A stretch of DNA of 64,000 nt from Bacteroidota bacterium (GCA_947476645.1 CANJRM010000007.1:686-64685), one strand, 5' to 3'; positions 10,701 through 20,670 are shown, counted from the first letter of the stretch. The notes: generated from the sequence alone by a model not told the origin. Made by a program: numbers and translations.

Positions 10701-10889
10701 GTGAGCGGAATAAAAAAAACCGGCTCCTTTCTAAATGGCTATTTACTCAAAGAACGATTGTCTTTTTCTTTTACCGAAAGCGTCACCAAGGTTGAAACCG
10801 GCATTTACCCTTCCGAAACCATTAACATATTTGCTAACATAACTAACCCGGGCACCGTCATAGGCAGCTTTAGTATTGCGAAAGTATAA
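10701..10889 (+). pseudogene. Possible 3' gene remnant (beta-rich tail)
   Basis: Short ORF ending INIFANITNPGTVIGSFSIAKV* immediately before a terminator; no convincing start. Confidence 0.3.
10739..10755 (-). promoter_or_regulatory. boxA-like motif upstream of array locus 1
   Basis: Minus strand GTTCTTTGAGTAAATAG; 16/17 identical to 54670..54686. The antitermination role is inferred. Confidence 0.4.
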
Positions 10890-10893
10890 CCAA

Positions 10894-10936
10894 CAAAAAA
10901 CCTCCGCAGCATCTATAGCTACGGAGGTTTTTTTTG
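10894..10936. terminator. Bidirectional intrinsic terminator
   Basis: caaaaaacctccgcagc-atctata-gctacggaggttttttttg hairpin with A/T tracts on both sides. Confidence 0.8.
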
Positions 10937-10952
10937 CCCGAAAAAAGAAAAT

Positions 10953-11462
10953 CTATTTTCTCAGCTTGATGGAAATTCTGGCGGCTGCATCCTGTTCTTC
11001 GTTGGCCACAATTTCTAAGGCATTAGCGGTGAACTTATGAATAGTAAACAGTAATTTATCTTCTCCCAAATAAACAATAAACTGCCGGTCACTGGTCCAG
11101 CTATATCTGCCCTTTTTTAAATCGGTATCGCCCTCATCAACGGGTAGCGAAAGTTGTATAGCCACCGTGCCGTCTTTATTAAATTCCATATAGCTGGAAT
11201 CAATCTGCCTGCCCTGATAGTATGTTTTTGCAACCAGTTCAGCCGAGTCTTTTTCTGAAAGCAAATGGTCTTTTGCCAGCGCAATAGCCGCTTTTACCCG
11301 CACTGCTGCACTTTGTTTCATACTGTCTATATGAATAGTATAGTCAGACGTAGAGAAATAATAAAATTTCCAATGCCCGGTCAATAATTTTTTATCGGTT
11401 GTTTGCGCAAAAGCCGAAAGCATCAGGATGCTTGCAGCCATAAAAAGGATGTGTTTTTTCAT
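10953..11462 (-). CDS. Secreted hypothetical protein, lipocalin-like
   Basis: Sec signal MKKHILF…AFAQ; LTGHWKF GxW motif. Confidence 0.6.
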   Translation of the reverse strand: MKKHILFMAASILMLSAFAQTTDKKLLTGHWKFYYFSTSDYTIHIDSMKQSAAVRVKAAIALAKDHLLSEKDSAELVAKTYYQGRQIDSSYMEFNKDGTVAIQLSLPVDEGDTDLKKGRYSWTSDRQFIVYLGEDKLLFTIHKFTANALEIVANEEQDAAARISIKLRK

Positions 11463-11534
11463 AATGAGGACGAAGATAAAATTAGTTTTTAAGTCGTAAA
11501 AATTTATTTCAGAAACAAGCCACGCCTCATGCCA

Positions 11535-12293
11535 TCAGGGCAAACGGAAGCGGTTTTGCAAGGGAAGATACAGGTACCAAAAAGAGGTAAATAAAAAGTG
11601 AGCCGTTTTAATAAGCGGCATAGGCAGTTTTTTTAAACCGGGGTTTTTGCCGTAAAAAAACTTGAGCGATAGTGCCCCCAAAGCTTTGGCGCAAACCAAA
11701 TTTTTTTCGTGCGCGTACTCAGGGCGCACAATATCAAACACCAGCACAAACCTGCGGTCGTTACTGTCGTTCCAAACATTGTGGTAGTGTGCATCGCTAA
11801 ACATCATCACCTTTCCTTCTTCCCAACCTTGCTCCTCGGTACCCACCCGAACTCCGCAGATAGGATAAGGTGCGGGAATTTTTAATCCTAAGTGACAGCG
11901 GATAGTCGTGTTGGTTTCGCCATTGTGCGGCAACACTTTCGATTTTGGTTCTAACACCGTAATGCCGCCAAAAACTAAATTCGGAATAGATTGAAGCAGG
12001 GCAAAAGTTTTTGGATATCTATCGCAGTTCTTATGTTTTTGCCAGCCGAAGTTTAAAAAGTAAAGATTCTTCCAGGCATCGGGCGAAGAAAGATAGGGCG
12101 GGTTAAGGTTCACTACATCAATTTCTTCTTCGTTGGTCAGCAAACCCATTACCTCATTGCGAATCGTAAGCCAGTTAGCTTCCAAATGTTGAATGGCAGG
12201 GAAGTCTTTAGAGGAATAGAAAAAATTATGCTTGCCGGTGTAGGGCTCTTCAATAAGAAAGTAGCGTTGTTCTTCTATGGGTAAAGCAGTCAT
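11535..12293 (-). CDS. Aspartyl/asparaginyl beta-hydroxylase family (AspH/LpxO-like) with C-terminal hydrophobic tail
   Basis: LEANWLTIRNE, PHNGETNTTIRCHLGL, WEEG, FSDAHYHNVWN, RFVLVFD. Confidence 0.9.
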   Translation of the reverse strand: MTALPIEEQRYFLIEEPYTGKHNFFYSSKDFPAIQHLEANWLTIRNEVMGLLTNEEEIDVVNLNPPYLSSPDAWKNLYFLNFGWQKHKNCDRYPKTFALLQSIPNLVFGGITVLEPKSKVLPHNGETNTTIRCHLGLKIPAPYPICGVRVGTEEQGWEEGKVMMFSDAHYHNVWNDSNDRRFVLVFDIVRPEYAHEKNLVCAKALGALSLKFFYGKNPGLKKLPMPLIKTAHFLFTSFWYLYLPLQNRFRLP

Positions 12294-12319
12294 GTTTAAA
12301 AAAACGGCAAAGAAAGTTT

Positions 12320-13867
12320 TCAGGCAAATGATTCTGCCGGTATTTCTTCGCGTTGTATCACTTTTATTTTTGAACGTTTAATCAATTCTCCCAACGCCAT
12401 TTCGGCTCTTGAATCGTATCGGCTGGTCCATAAATTTTTCACCGTTTTAATCAAACGGCTTGGATGAAAAATAAAATTGGAGGCATAAAAAATGAGTAAG
12501 TAACTCATCAGATAAAACCGCAGCATATATTTATTGATGTGCGTGTTGTAGAAAAAATTATTAAAAAACGTGTCTACATAAATTATCTGATAAAAATACG
12601 CATCGTCATTCATGTCAATCTTTCCTTGTTTCAGCAGCATTTCAAAAAGCTCACTGCCCGGGTAAGGCGAAAACACCGAAGGCGCCATATCGTTTACACC
12701 ATACCAGCTTGCCTTTACTAAAAACCACATGGTTTGCCATATATTTTTGTGCTTCTCTCCCGGGAACCCAATAATCACATTTATCTTAATGTTCATTTTC
12801 TCCTTGGTAGAATACGAAATAGACTGAAGCATTTTGGGCAACGAAACTTTTTTCTTAATCAGTTTCAAAATTTCCACCGAGCCGCTTTCGGGCGCATACG
12901 TAATATTGCGGCATCCCGAAGCATAAAGGTAATGCGCCACTTCCTGGTCAATTACTTCCGAGCGGGTACCGGCAGGTATTTGCCACGTAATTTCCAGTTT
13001 TCTTTTAATGACTTCCTGTGCAAATTCAATAATCCACGGTTTCTTTATAATGGCAGTAAGGTCATAAAAATCAAAGTTGCGCACATCAAATGTTTCGTGG
13101 AAATATTCCATTTCGTTCACCACATCCTGCGGGCTGCGCATAAAATACCGCGTGCCCCACATTTGCGGGCTGCTGCAAAAAGTACATTGATAAGGACAGC
13201 CCCGTGTAGCCATCAACGGCACCGAATACACATCTCTGTCCACGCCATAGATAATACCGTGCTTCTTGTATTTATCTAAAGGAAACAACTCCCATGCGGG
13301 CCAAGCCACTTCCTCTACTTCTTTAATTCGTTTTCTTTCCTCGGTGCGCGCAGGCACATTTTCTTCGTTGCGGTAAACAATACCTTGTATGGCTGAAAGG
13401 TCGCTGCCGCTTTCTATCGCTCTTACTACTTCCACTACCGTTTCTTCGCCTTCACCTCTTATACAAACTTTCAAATGCGCTGTTTGTTCAATACACATTT
13501 CAGGAGCCGCAGTCAGGTGTTCGCCACCCGCAATAATAGTAGCGTTAGGAAAAGCATTGCCGAGATAATCAATCATAATTCGATTATGAAGCCAGTTGCC
13601 GCTAAACATTAAACTCAACCCAATCACCTGGGTGTCCGGATGAATAAGTTTTGCAATTTCAACTTCGGTAATGCCGTTTAATACAATATCATTTTTGAAT
13701 TCGATATATTGATTGGGTGCTTCTGCCAGCGAATCTATCACCTGAACGGTGTGCCCTTCCCGTTTCAACGCGCCTGCAATAAACGCCAACCCAAGTGAGG
13801 GAGAGGGCTTCATGGTAGCACTCATGGGTTTCATTAAGCGGGGCGGATTGATTAAGCAAATTTTCAT
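12320..13867 (-). CDS. B12-binding-domain radical SAM enzyme (class B-like)
   Basis: MKICLINPP start (ATG 13867), SLGLAFIA, AGGEH, RGEGE, RGCPYQCTFC. Confidence 0.9.
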   Translation of the reverse strand: MKICLINPPRLMKPMSATMKPSPSLGLAFIAGALKREGHTVQVIDSLAEAPNQYIEFKNDIVLNGITEVEIAKLIHPDTQVIGLSLMFSGNWLHNRIMIDYLGNAFPNATIIAGGEHLTAAPEMCIEQTAHLKVCIRGEGEETVVEVVRAIESGSDLSAIQGIVYRNEENVPARTEERKRIKEVEEVAWPAWELFPLDKYKKHGIIYGVDRDVYSVPLMATRGCPYQCTFCSSPQMWGTRYFMRSPQDVVNEMEYFHETFDVRNFDFYDLTAIIKKPWIIEFAQEVIKRKLEITWQIPAGTRSEVIDQEVAHYLYASGCRNITYAPESGSVEILKLIKKKVSLPKMLQSISYSTKEKMNIKINVIIGFPGEKHKNIWQTMWFLVKASWYGVNDMAPSVFSPYPGSELFEMLLKQGKIDMNDDAYFYQIIYVDTFFNNFFYNTHINKYMLRFYLMSYLLIFYASNFIFHPSRLIKTVKNLWTSRYDSRAEMALGELIKRSKIKVIQREEIPAESFA

Positions 13868-14073
13868 AAACACATATTTATAACAGCACACGAAGATAAA
13901 AAAACATTCACTTTATCGTAGTTGCATTTATACTCTTCCACAAGGTACCGGTGAAACATTTTCGCGAAACTTTGGAGTGACCATATTTATTTCCTGCTCC
14001 GAAACAATTCTGATAATTTATTATTATCGTTGCGTAAGTAATCCTTTTTACTACAGGAAATAAAAAAATAAGT

Positions 14074-15066
14074 ATGAAGCCGAATAATATTAAGACCGGT
14101 CATTGGTGGGCATATAACGCACTCTTTTTAGCAGAACATTTTTTAGGAGAGAAATGGTATGGCAAAGTGTTTGGCAATACTGAGAAAAAACTTTACAAAG
14201 CCATAGACGAATTTGCCACTAACAATCCCATGCCCGATGAATTCAAAATCATAGACCTCAAAAAAGGCGAATACACCGACCCGTTTAAACACGACCATTT
14301 TCCTATTGTGTTTCGGGGTGCGGCTGCCGATTGGGCTTGTCAGGGCAAATGGACCTTCGATTATTTCGCAGAAAAATACGGTCATGAAGATGTAACGCTT
14401 GTCAATAATCCGGGCTTGATAAAAGATAGCGACCAGGCCTATGATGTCGTAAAATTTCGCGATTACATAGCAGGTATGAAACAAGGTTCAAAAAGGTATT
14501 TAAAATTTTCGCGCCTGGTAGATGAACAATCAGGTTTGCGCGAAGACTTCGATTATGACTGGTTGAGAAAATTCAGAGTGAAAGGTGCGCAGAATGAATT
14601 GAACTACTTTTTCATGGGAGGCAAAAATACCATGACTCCAATTCATGACGGCTATGCCATGACCATTTTTGTACAGGTGGAAGGAATAAAAAGATGGGTT
14701 TTTTATCCAACCAACCATCGTATATTCATTGGTTCCCGCCCGCGCAGGTATAATTATTTTTTCAGCGATGCCGACCCTTACAATCTTAATGACCCTAAGT
14801 TTCCTTTGCTAAAGCACGCCAAAAGACACGAGATTTTACTGCATCCCGGTGATGTGCTTTATTTCCCTTCGTTAGTATGGCATCAGGTAGAAAACGTAAC
14901 CGATAGTATTGGTGTGGCTTATAAATTTGCTACTCTTAAATCAGGCTTTATCTCCTCAAAAATGCTGTTCACTTGCTTTTTACTAGCCACAAAACCTTTG
15001 TTGATTAATACCCTTCTTCCATGGAAAGCAGATATACTGAATTATAAAAAACCGAAGAACGACTAA
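14074..15066 (+). CDS. JmjC/Cupin_8 Fe(II)/2OG enzyme with atypical H-D-G metal motif
   Basis: PIVFRGAAADW…KWTFDYF, FFMGG, TPIHDG, QVEGIKRW, LHPGDVLYFPSLVWHQVEN. Confidence 0.85.
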   Translation: MKPNNIKTGHWWAYNALFLAEHFLGEKWYGKVFGNTEKKLYKAIDEFATNNPMPDEFKIIDLKKGEYTDPFKHDHFPIVFRGAAADWACQGKWTFDYFAEKYGHEDVTLVNNPGLIKDSDQAYDVVKFRDYIAGMKQGSKRYLKFSRLVDEQSGLREDFDYDWLRKFRVKGAQNELNYFFMGGKNTMTPIHDGYAMTIFVQVEGIKRWVFYPTNHRIFIGSRPRRYNYFFSDADPYNLNDPKFPLLKHAKRHEILLHPGDVLYFPSLVWHQVENVTDSIGVAYKFATLKSGFISSKMLFTCFLLATKPLLINTLLPWKADILNYKKPKND

Positions 15067-15103
15067 GCGTTGAATTCGAATACGGGTAAAGGAGTATCGC
15101 AGG

Positions 15104-15147
15104 AAATAAAAAAGCCGAGGCAATTGATTTGCTTCGGCTTTTTTATT
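15104..15147. terminator. Bidirectional intrinsic terminator between convergent genes
   Basis: aataaaaaagccgaggcaa…ttgcttcggcttttttatt. Confidence 0.85.
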
Positions 15148-15167
15148 GACGGGTTTTAGCTGCCATC

Positions 15168-15950
15168 TTAAATAGGGCTCAGTTTAATTCTTCGTTGAAT
15201 GGGTAAAAGAAAAATCCATAAAATATAGAAACTAAAGCAAAGAAAGCGAACCATAAACTCAGGAAAGTGTTTGAATAAACCAATTCTCTTGTAGAGAAAT
15301 ATGTAGGTTTGGCTGCCCAACGTTTTTGTGCAAATTTCGTTTTGCCGGTCACCAATAACTTTAGGCACAAAATCAACAATTAGCAGGTATCTTCTCTTGT
15401 CAGAACGGCTCCATACACTATGTCGCTGTACTATCGTAAACATTAATAACTCTCCGTTTTCCCAACCTCTTACTTCATCTCCCACTTTCATAGCAATGGT
15501 AGGATAAGGGTCAGGAACAACTAATCCAAGGTGCGCTCTGATAACCCCGTTGGTATCACCAAAATGCGGTTTAATTTCAGTGTGAGGCGACAAAACACTG
15601 ATGGTAACCGTGGTGATATTAGCTATTTGGTCGGTGAGTTTGGCAAGCAAGGGGAATTTCTTTCGGTTATTGTGAAACAGCACTCCGTAACTCATTAAAT
15701 TAATGGTGCTCCAATCGTTGCCGCTTACCGCTGCCGGAGAATAGGAATCCATACCGGTTATAGCGCCTCTTTCTTTTTCGTAAGCTAAAATCTCATCTCT
15801 TATAGCTTCCCAATTTTCTTTCAGCGGGTTTAGTTCAGGAAACCACTCGTTCGCATAAAAATTAGGCAGCTTGCCATAATATTCCTCTTTAGGAGGTCTT
15901 AAGTATACTATTTCTTCACCCTCCGGCCAGGTAAATTGTTTATCGGTCAT
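15168..15950 (-). CDS. Aspartyl/asparaginyl beta-hydroxylase family, paralog of 11535..12293
   Basis: LKENWEAIRDE, PHFGDTNGVIRAHLGL, WENG, HSVW, RYLLIVD; hydrophobic C-terminus. Confidence 0.9.
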   Translation of the reverse strand: MTDKQFTWPEGEEIVYLRPPKEEYYGKLPNFYANEWFPELNPLKENWEAIRDEILAYEKERGAITGMDSYSPAAVSGNDWSTINLMSYGVLFHNNRKKFPLLAKLTDQIANITTVTISVLSPHTEIKPHFGDTNGVIRAHLGLVVPDPYPTIAMKVGDEVRGWENGELLMFTIVQRHSVWSRSDKRRYLLIVDFVPKVIGDRQNEICTKTLGSQTYIFLYKRIGLFKHFPEFMVRFLCFSFYILWIFLLPIQRRIKLSPI

Positions 15951-16002
15951 GATGTAAATTTTAAAATTTCAGTAATTAATTTGGTTTGAAACACAACAGC
16001 AA

Positions 16003-16010
16003 CAAATGTA
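16003..16010 (-). promoter_or_regulatory. Bacteroidota sigma70 -7 element
   Basis: TACATTTG on minus strand about 50 nt upstream of the 15950 start. Confidence 0.5.
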
Positions 16011-16065
16011 AAAATCTGTTTTAAATTTTCTCTACATTTTGTTTTACGAATAGGCGATCCATCGT

Positions 16066-17118
16066 TCATCGGTTTAACCCAAACAACAATCTTCTTTCCA
16101 GCAAAACAAAGATGCCTCCCATGATAACTTCCGGTATAAAATACGATAGGTGTACATACACTCCCAGGAGAGCATAACTCTGCAAATCAGCAATGGTTGG
16201 CACAACGCCATATTGGCTCGCAGCCAATATTAAAACCGAGTAAATGCCGTAATGCAATACTCCGATATTGCCGGGTGCCGATGGAATGAAAACAATTACC
16301 ATCATACTCACCGCAACGATATACGCACTATATAACCCACCAACCGGTTGGGCAATACCAACCGCCTTTAGCAAAAGGAAAAATTGGGAGATATTCAAAA
16401 AAAGCACAGCCATACAAAGCAGAACATAATGGCTTACCCAACCATTTGTTTTAATACCCGTGATTTGCTGACTGGTATAGGTATACATTCTAAAAAGAAA
16501 CCTCCCCGGGCTTTTAAGCGAAATAACGGGCAGCCATATTATTTTTTTAATACGCTTAGAGTAAAGCATAAGCCCATAAATAAAAGAGAGCACCAGTATC
16601 ACTGCTGTAGTGCAACTAATGGTCAACAAAACATAATGATTTACAAACGGTTTCAGTATAAATAAAACAAGGGTAAGCAACACAAAGAATTGTGCGTCAA
16701 TCCATTTTTCTGCTACAATTGCTGCTAATGATTTTTGAAAGGGAACCTTGTTTTTTCTGCTGAAATGCCATGCCCTGATTCCTTCACCCAGATTACCGGG
16801 CAGTAAACAGTTATAAAAATTACCAACTAACAAACTGCTATAGGTGTAAATTTCGTTTTGCTTTATCCCTTTGTTGAGCCAAATAAGTTTTGCCCGAACA
16901 GATTGCAGCCAGGTAGCCAAAACGAAAGAAAGAATGGCAACGGAGAAATAAAACCATTGCTCCCCTTTTAATCCTAAATTTCGAATACTCAAGCCACTGT
17001 CATAAAAGGTAAGCCACAACAAAACGGCACTGATGGAGAATCCTAAAAGAGTACGAAAATTTCGACTTTTAAGAACAACACCGCGAATGACCTGATAGAG
17101 TTTGTTAAGCAGCCCCAA
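16066..17118 (-). CDS. Lysylphosphatidylglycerol-synthase TM (UPF0104) flippase-like protein
   Basis: FYNCLLPGNLGEGIR, EKWID, IPSAPGNIGV; about 8 hydrophobic segments. Confidence 0.85.
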   Translation of the reverse strand: MGLLNKLYQVIRGVVLKSRNFRTLLGFSISAVLLWLTFYDSGLSIRNLGLKGEQWFYFSVAILSFVLATWLQSVRAKLIWLNKGIKQNEIYTYSSLLVGNFYNCLLPGNLGEGIRAWHFSRKNKVPFQKSLAAIVAEKWIDAQFFVLLTLVLFILKPFVNHYVLLTISCTTAVILVLSFIYGLMLYSKRIKKIIWLPVISLKSPGRFLFRMYTYTSQQITGIKTNGWVSHYVLLCMAVLFLNISQFFLLLKAVGIAQPVGGLYSAYIVAVSMMVIVFIPSAPGNIGVLHYGIYSVLILAASQYGVVPTIADLQSYALLGVYVHLSYFIPEVIMGGIFVLLERRLLFGLNR

Positions 17119-17334
17119 AATAAGGTGAAGAATTTAATGCGGAATTTATGAAATCAAACGGTCTTTTTTCGTTATCCTGAAAATAGAGAAACATTGCCGG
17201 TACTTTCGAAAATAAAAACTAATTTTTCACCGAATGGAACGACCGCCTCTATGGCTTGCTGAATTATCTGAACGGAACATATTATATTCACCCCTTCATT
17301 TAGAATTTCAAGTGTAAATTTTATTGTAAGAGAA

Positions 17335-18951
17335 ATGGCTAAAGTAACTTTCGCGGCATTGGGTACTGAACAGTTAGGCATCAGCATGCTTTCGGCTATT
17401 GCTAAGTCGAAGGGGCACGAGGTGAACCTGGCGTTTTCTGCTTCGCTGTTTCACGACCGGTTTAATTTAGAAATGCCGGGCATTGCGCCTTTCTTTGATG
17501 ATACTGCCGAGGTAATGAAAGCCATTGAAAAGCAACAGCCCGATGTGCTGGCTTTTTCTCCGCTTACTTCTACTTATCAATGGGCTTTACAAATTGCTGC
17601 GAAAGCGAAAGAAATAAACCCGCATATAAAAACAGTTTTTGGCGGAGTGCATGCTTCGGCAGTGCCGCAATTACTTTTGAAACGCCCGCAGATAGATTAT
17701 GTAGTAATAGGCGAAGGCGATGTGGCATTTCCGAAAATTATACAAGCGGCAACGGATGCTGCTTTTAATAAACCGATTCCTAACACGCGATACAAAACAA
17801 AAGACGGCTCTATCATCAGCGGCATACAAACAGGGTTTCTTCAGGATTTAGATTCGTTGCCTTTTGCCGATAAACCCTTGTGGGAAGAGCACGTGCGTTT
17901 AGGTGATTTGTATTTAGCTATGGCATCGCGCGGTTGCCCTTACCGTTGCACGTTTTGTTTTAATAATTTCTTTGCAAAGTTGCCCGAAGAAAAAAGCGGC
18001 AAGTATGTTCGTCTTCGCAGTCCGGAACACATGATTGCGGAACTGAAGATTGCACAACGCAGATATAAAATTGAAGTAATAGATTTTCAGGATGATGTTT
18101 TTACCACGAGCAAAAAGTGGTTGCAGGATTTTCTTTACCTCTACAAAAAGGAAATCAATAAACCGTTTCAGATTCTCACACATCCCCGTTACATGGATGA
18201 AGATATTGCGAAGTGGCTGAGTAATGCGGGTTGTGTGTGGGTGCAGATGGGTGTGCAGAGCATGGACGAAAGTTTTAAGAAGGATACGCTGATGCGTTAC
18301 GAGCGCAGTGAAGATGTGAGCGCGGCTATTGATGCTATGAATAAATTCGGCATGAAAGTAAAAGTAGACCATATGTTTGGCTTGCCCGATGAACCTATAA
18401 GCGCGCAGGAGAATGCAAGAAATTTATACGCTTACCATCCAGCCAAAAGAATTCAAACGTTTTGGACTTGCTATTTACCGGCTACTGAATTAATGAATGA
18501 TGCTTTAGCCAAAGGCAGAATTACCGAGGCGCAGGCGAGCAAAATAAATGAAGGAGAAGATTTTTATTTTTTCCGCAATACCGAAAATATTAAGGATGAG
18601 AAGTTGATGAATTTGTATAAAGCGTACGAAGTCATCTTTCGTATTATGCCTGTGCTGCCTGCATTTATCCGAAAGAAATTAATGCCAGAACATATTCAGC
18701 GCATGCCGAACTTTTTGATTAGACCTTTATCAATGCTGAGCGATGTGATTACTGGTTTTATGATGCGCAATCCTGAGTTTGGGGCTTATGCCAAACACAA
18801 CCTTTTTCATCTTTGGAAATTCTTCTTACGCAAAATAGGCATCAGAAATGTGGTGGCTACTAAGGTGCTGGAACCAGTTGAGTTCGGTTCTTTTCAACCC
18901 GAAGTAGTTGCTGTTGAAACCGAAGTTGTTGTTCAATCAAAAGTTGCCTGA
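17335..18951 (+). CDS. B12-binding-domain radical SAM enzyme
   Basis: QLGISMLSA, FGGVHAS, IGEGD, RGCPYRCTFC, FQDDVF. Confidence 0.9.
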   Translation: MAKVTFAALGTEQLGISMLSAIAKSKGHEVNLAFSASLFHDRFNLEMPGIAPFFDDTAEVMKAIEKQQPDVLAFSPLTSTYQWALQIAAKAKEINPHIKTVFGGVHASAVPQLLLKRPQIDYVVIGEGDVAFPKIIQAATDAAFNKPIPNTRYKTKDGSIISGIQTGFLQDLDSLPFADKPLWEEHVRLGDLYLAMASRGCPYRCTFCFNNFFAKLPEEKSGKYVRLRSPEHMIAELKIAQRRYKIEVIDFQDDVFTTSKKWLQDFLYLYKKEINKPFQILTHPRYMDEDIAKWLSNAGCVWVQMGVQSMDESFKKDTLMRYERSEDVSAAIDAMNKFGMKVKVDHMFGLPDEPISAQENARNLYAYHPAKRIQTFWTCYLPATELMNDALAKGRITEAQASKINEGEDFYFFRNTENIKDEKLMNLYKAYEVIFRIMPVLPAFIRKKLMPEHIQRMPNFLIRPLSMLSDVITGFMMRNPEFGAYAKHNLFHLWKFFLRKIGIRNVVATKVLEPVEFGSFQPEVVAVETEVVVQSKVA

Positions 18952-18996
18952 TACCTTCCCAATATTTTGCTTATTCATCATCCGCCCATTTTTTCT

Positions 18997-20670
18997 ATGA
19001 AGGATTTTTTCAAGTCGAGAGCCGGAGAACTGGTGATTGTGGCTTTAGTGTTTTTCTCTGCAATACTTTTTTTTACCATTACTCCTGATGATTACGGTTC
19101 CTTCTCTTACTTTAGTCTGCCTTCCGGTCAATTCAGCGATTTCTCGTGTATAGATTATTATTATTTGGGAGTAATTGGGCTTAGTACCGTTTACAAATTT
19201 TTTTATGGCATTCTGCCAGCGTATAATTGGATGGGTATTTCGTTTCTTGCATTTGGTGTTTTAGCTCTTTATTTAATTCTGCGGGCTATTAAAGATGTGG
19301 TACTAAAAAACAACGACAATCCATATCTGCTTAGAACTATTCAGGTTTTGTTTGCCTTGTTTTTTATTGAAAATTTTGTCTCCATATCACATACCCGCTA
19401 CTCGTTGCTTTTATGCGGCATAGGACTATTCAACCTTGCATTTACAAAAGATATAAAATGGAAAGGAGTAATTACCAATACCCTGTTATTTGTTTTGGGC
19501 ATGCTGATTCGCCCCGAAAGCAGTATAGGTATGCTATTGCTTGTTTCTATAGGGTATCTTATTTATTGCTTTGATTTGAAACACTGGGTTACGCGATTGT
19601 TTTTTCCTATGGCTGCAACAGGCATATTGTTTACTGCTTTTGCTATAGACTGGGCACATACCACGCTCTATGTAAAACAGGTAGAACCCGAAATAGAGTA
19701 TAAAATAATGGATAGAAGAGTGGTGCCTTTGGCTACTATGAAAACAGCTAAGGATTCCATCAAATATGAAGTTGCCATGCAGGGCATGTGGTTTGATACG
19801 GCTGTTTTATCGCCCAAATTTTTGCGCAGTCTTTTATTACCGGGTATGAATTTAAGTCCCGCACATGCATGCAGTATTTTTTTTCATTTGGTTTCGCTTT
19901 ACAAATATTATCTGTTCATTCCTTTTTTGCTCGGTGGCTTTTTGCTGCTTGGTTTGTTTGGACAGGTTGAACGGAGTGTGTTTTTAAAAATCATTGTTTT
20001 TCAACTGGCGGTTTTCGGTCTTATATACGCCTTAGATTTTAACGGCAGTTTAGTGGCAGGCAGGCATTTTTTAATTCTTCAGCTCATTGCCCTTTTAATT
20101 ACCTCGTTTTATTTTTCCCATGGGGTTTATCGGTTTGGAAGAACTGCAGTTGTCATTTACATGGCTGCTGTTTTTTGCAGTACTGCTATTACGCTTTGGC
20201 ACTATAAAAAATATAACCATGCAATAGCGCAAAGCAACGAGTGTTGTGAGTCGTATATGCAAAACATAGAAAACACCTATCACAACCGAATTATAGTGAC
20301 GACTATGGGAAGCGTGTATTTAATGAACCATAACTTTAGTGTGAAGCATAAGAACTATACAAAAAACAAATGGCTGTTGTATGACGCGTTTACTTATTCT
20401 CTTTCGCCCGATTATACCGCTTACCTATCGCGGCAATGTAATTGTAATGCTACCGATCCCGTTGCTTTTTATAGCTGGCTGGCAAGTCAAAACGGTTTGT
20501 ATATGTCAAACCAGCGCTACTTTGATTTAACCAAAGAGTATATGAACGTTATTCATAACCAGCCATTGAGGTTTGTGCCTGATAAGCACTTAGAAAAACC
20601 CGAGTGTATATTCAGTACTAATTTGCCTGACGTGGATGTACTGCGGGTAGCAATTGGTGATGAGCATTAG
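18997..20670 (+). CDS. Polytopic membrane protein, possible GT-C-fold glycosyltransferase
   Basis: Many TM segments, PDDY acidic pair after TM1, LIRPE, soluble C-terminal domain with CNC; paralog of 26230..27996. ATG 18997 preferred over TTG 18967. Confidence 0.55.
   Translation: MKDFFKSRAGELVIVALVFFSAILFFTITPDDYGSFSYFSLPSGQFSDFSCIDYYYLGVIGLSTVYKFFYGILPAYNWMGISFLAFGVLALYLILRAIKDVVLKNNDNPYLLRTIQVLFALFFIENFVSISHTRYSLLLCGIGLFNLAFTKDIKWKGVITNTLLFVLGMLIRPESSIGMLLLVSIGYLIYCFDLKHWVTRLFFPMAATGILFTAFAIDWAHTTLYVKQVEPEIEYKIMDRRVVPLATMKTAKDSIKYEVAMQGMWFDTAVLSPKFLRSLLLPGMNLSPAHACSIFFHLVSLYKYYLFIPFLLGGFLLLGLFGQVERSVFLKIIVFQLAVFGLIYALDFNGSLVAGRHFLILQLIALLITSFYFSHGVYRFGRTAVVIYMAAVFCSTAITLWHYKKYNHAIAQSNECCESYMQNIENTYHNRIIVTTMGSVYLMNHNFSVKHKNYTKNKWLLYDAFTYSLSPDYTAYLSRQCNCNATDPVAFYSWLASQNGLYMSNQRYFDLTKEYMNVIHNQPLRFVPDKHLEKPECIFSTNLPDVDVLRVAIGDEH

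Noticed and set aside
11535-15950. H-x-G motifs (PHNG, PHFG) in the two AspH-like proteins as halogenase signatures
   Set aside because: PHxG…R.HLGL with two-His iron binding is the normal motif of the AspH hydroxylase family.
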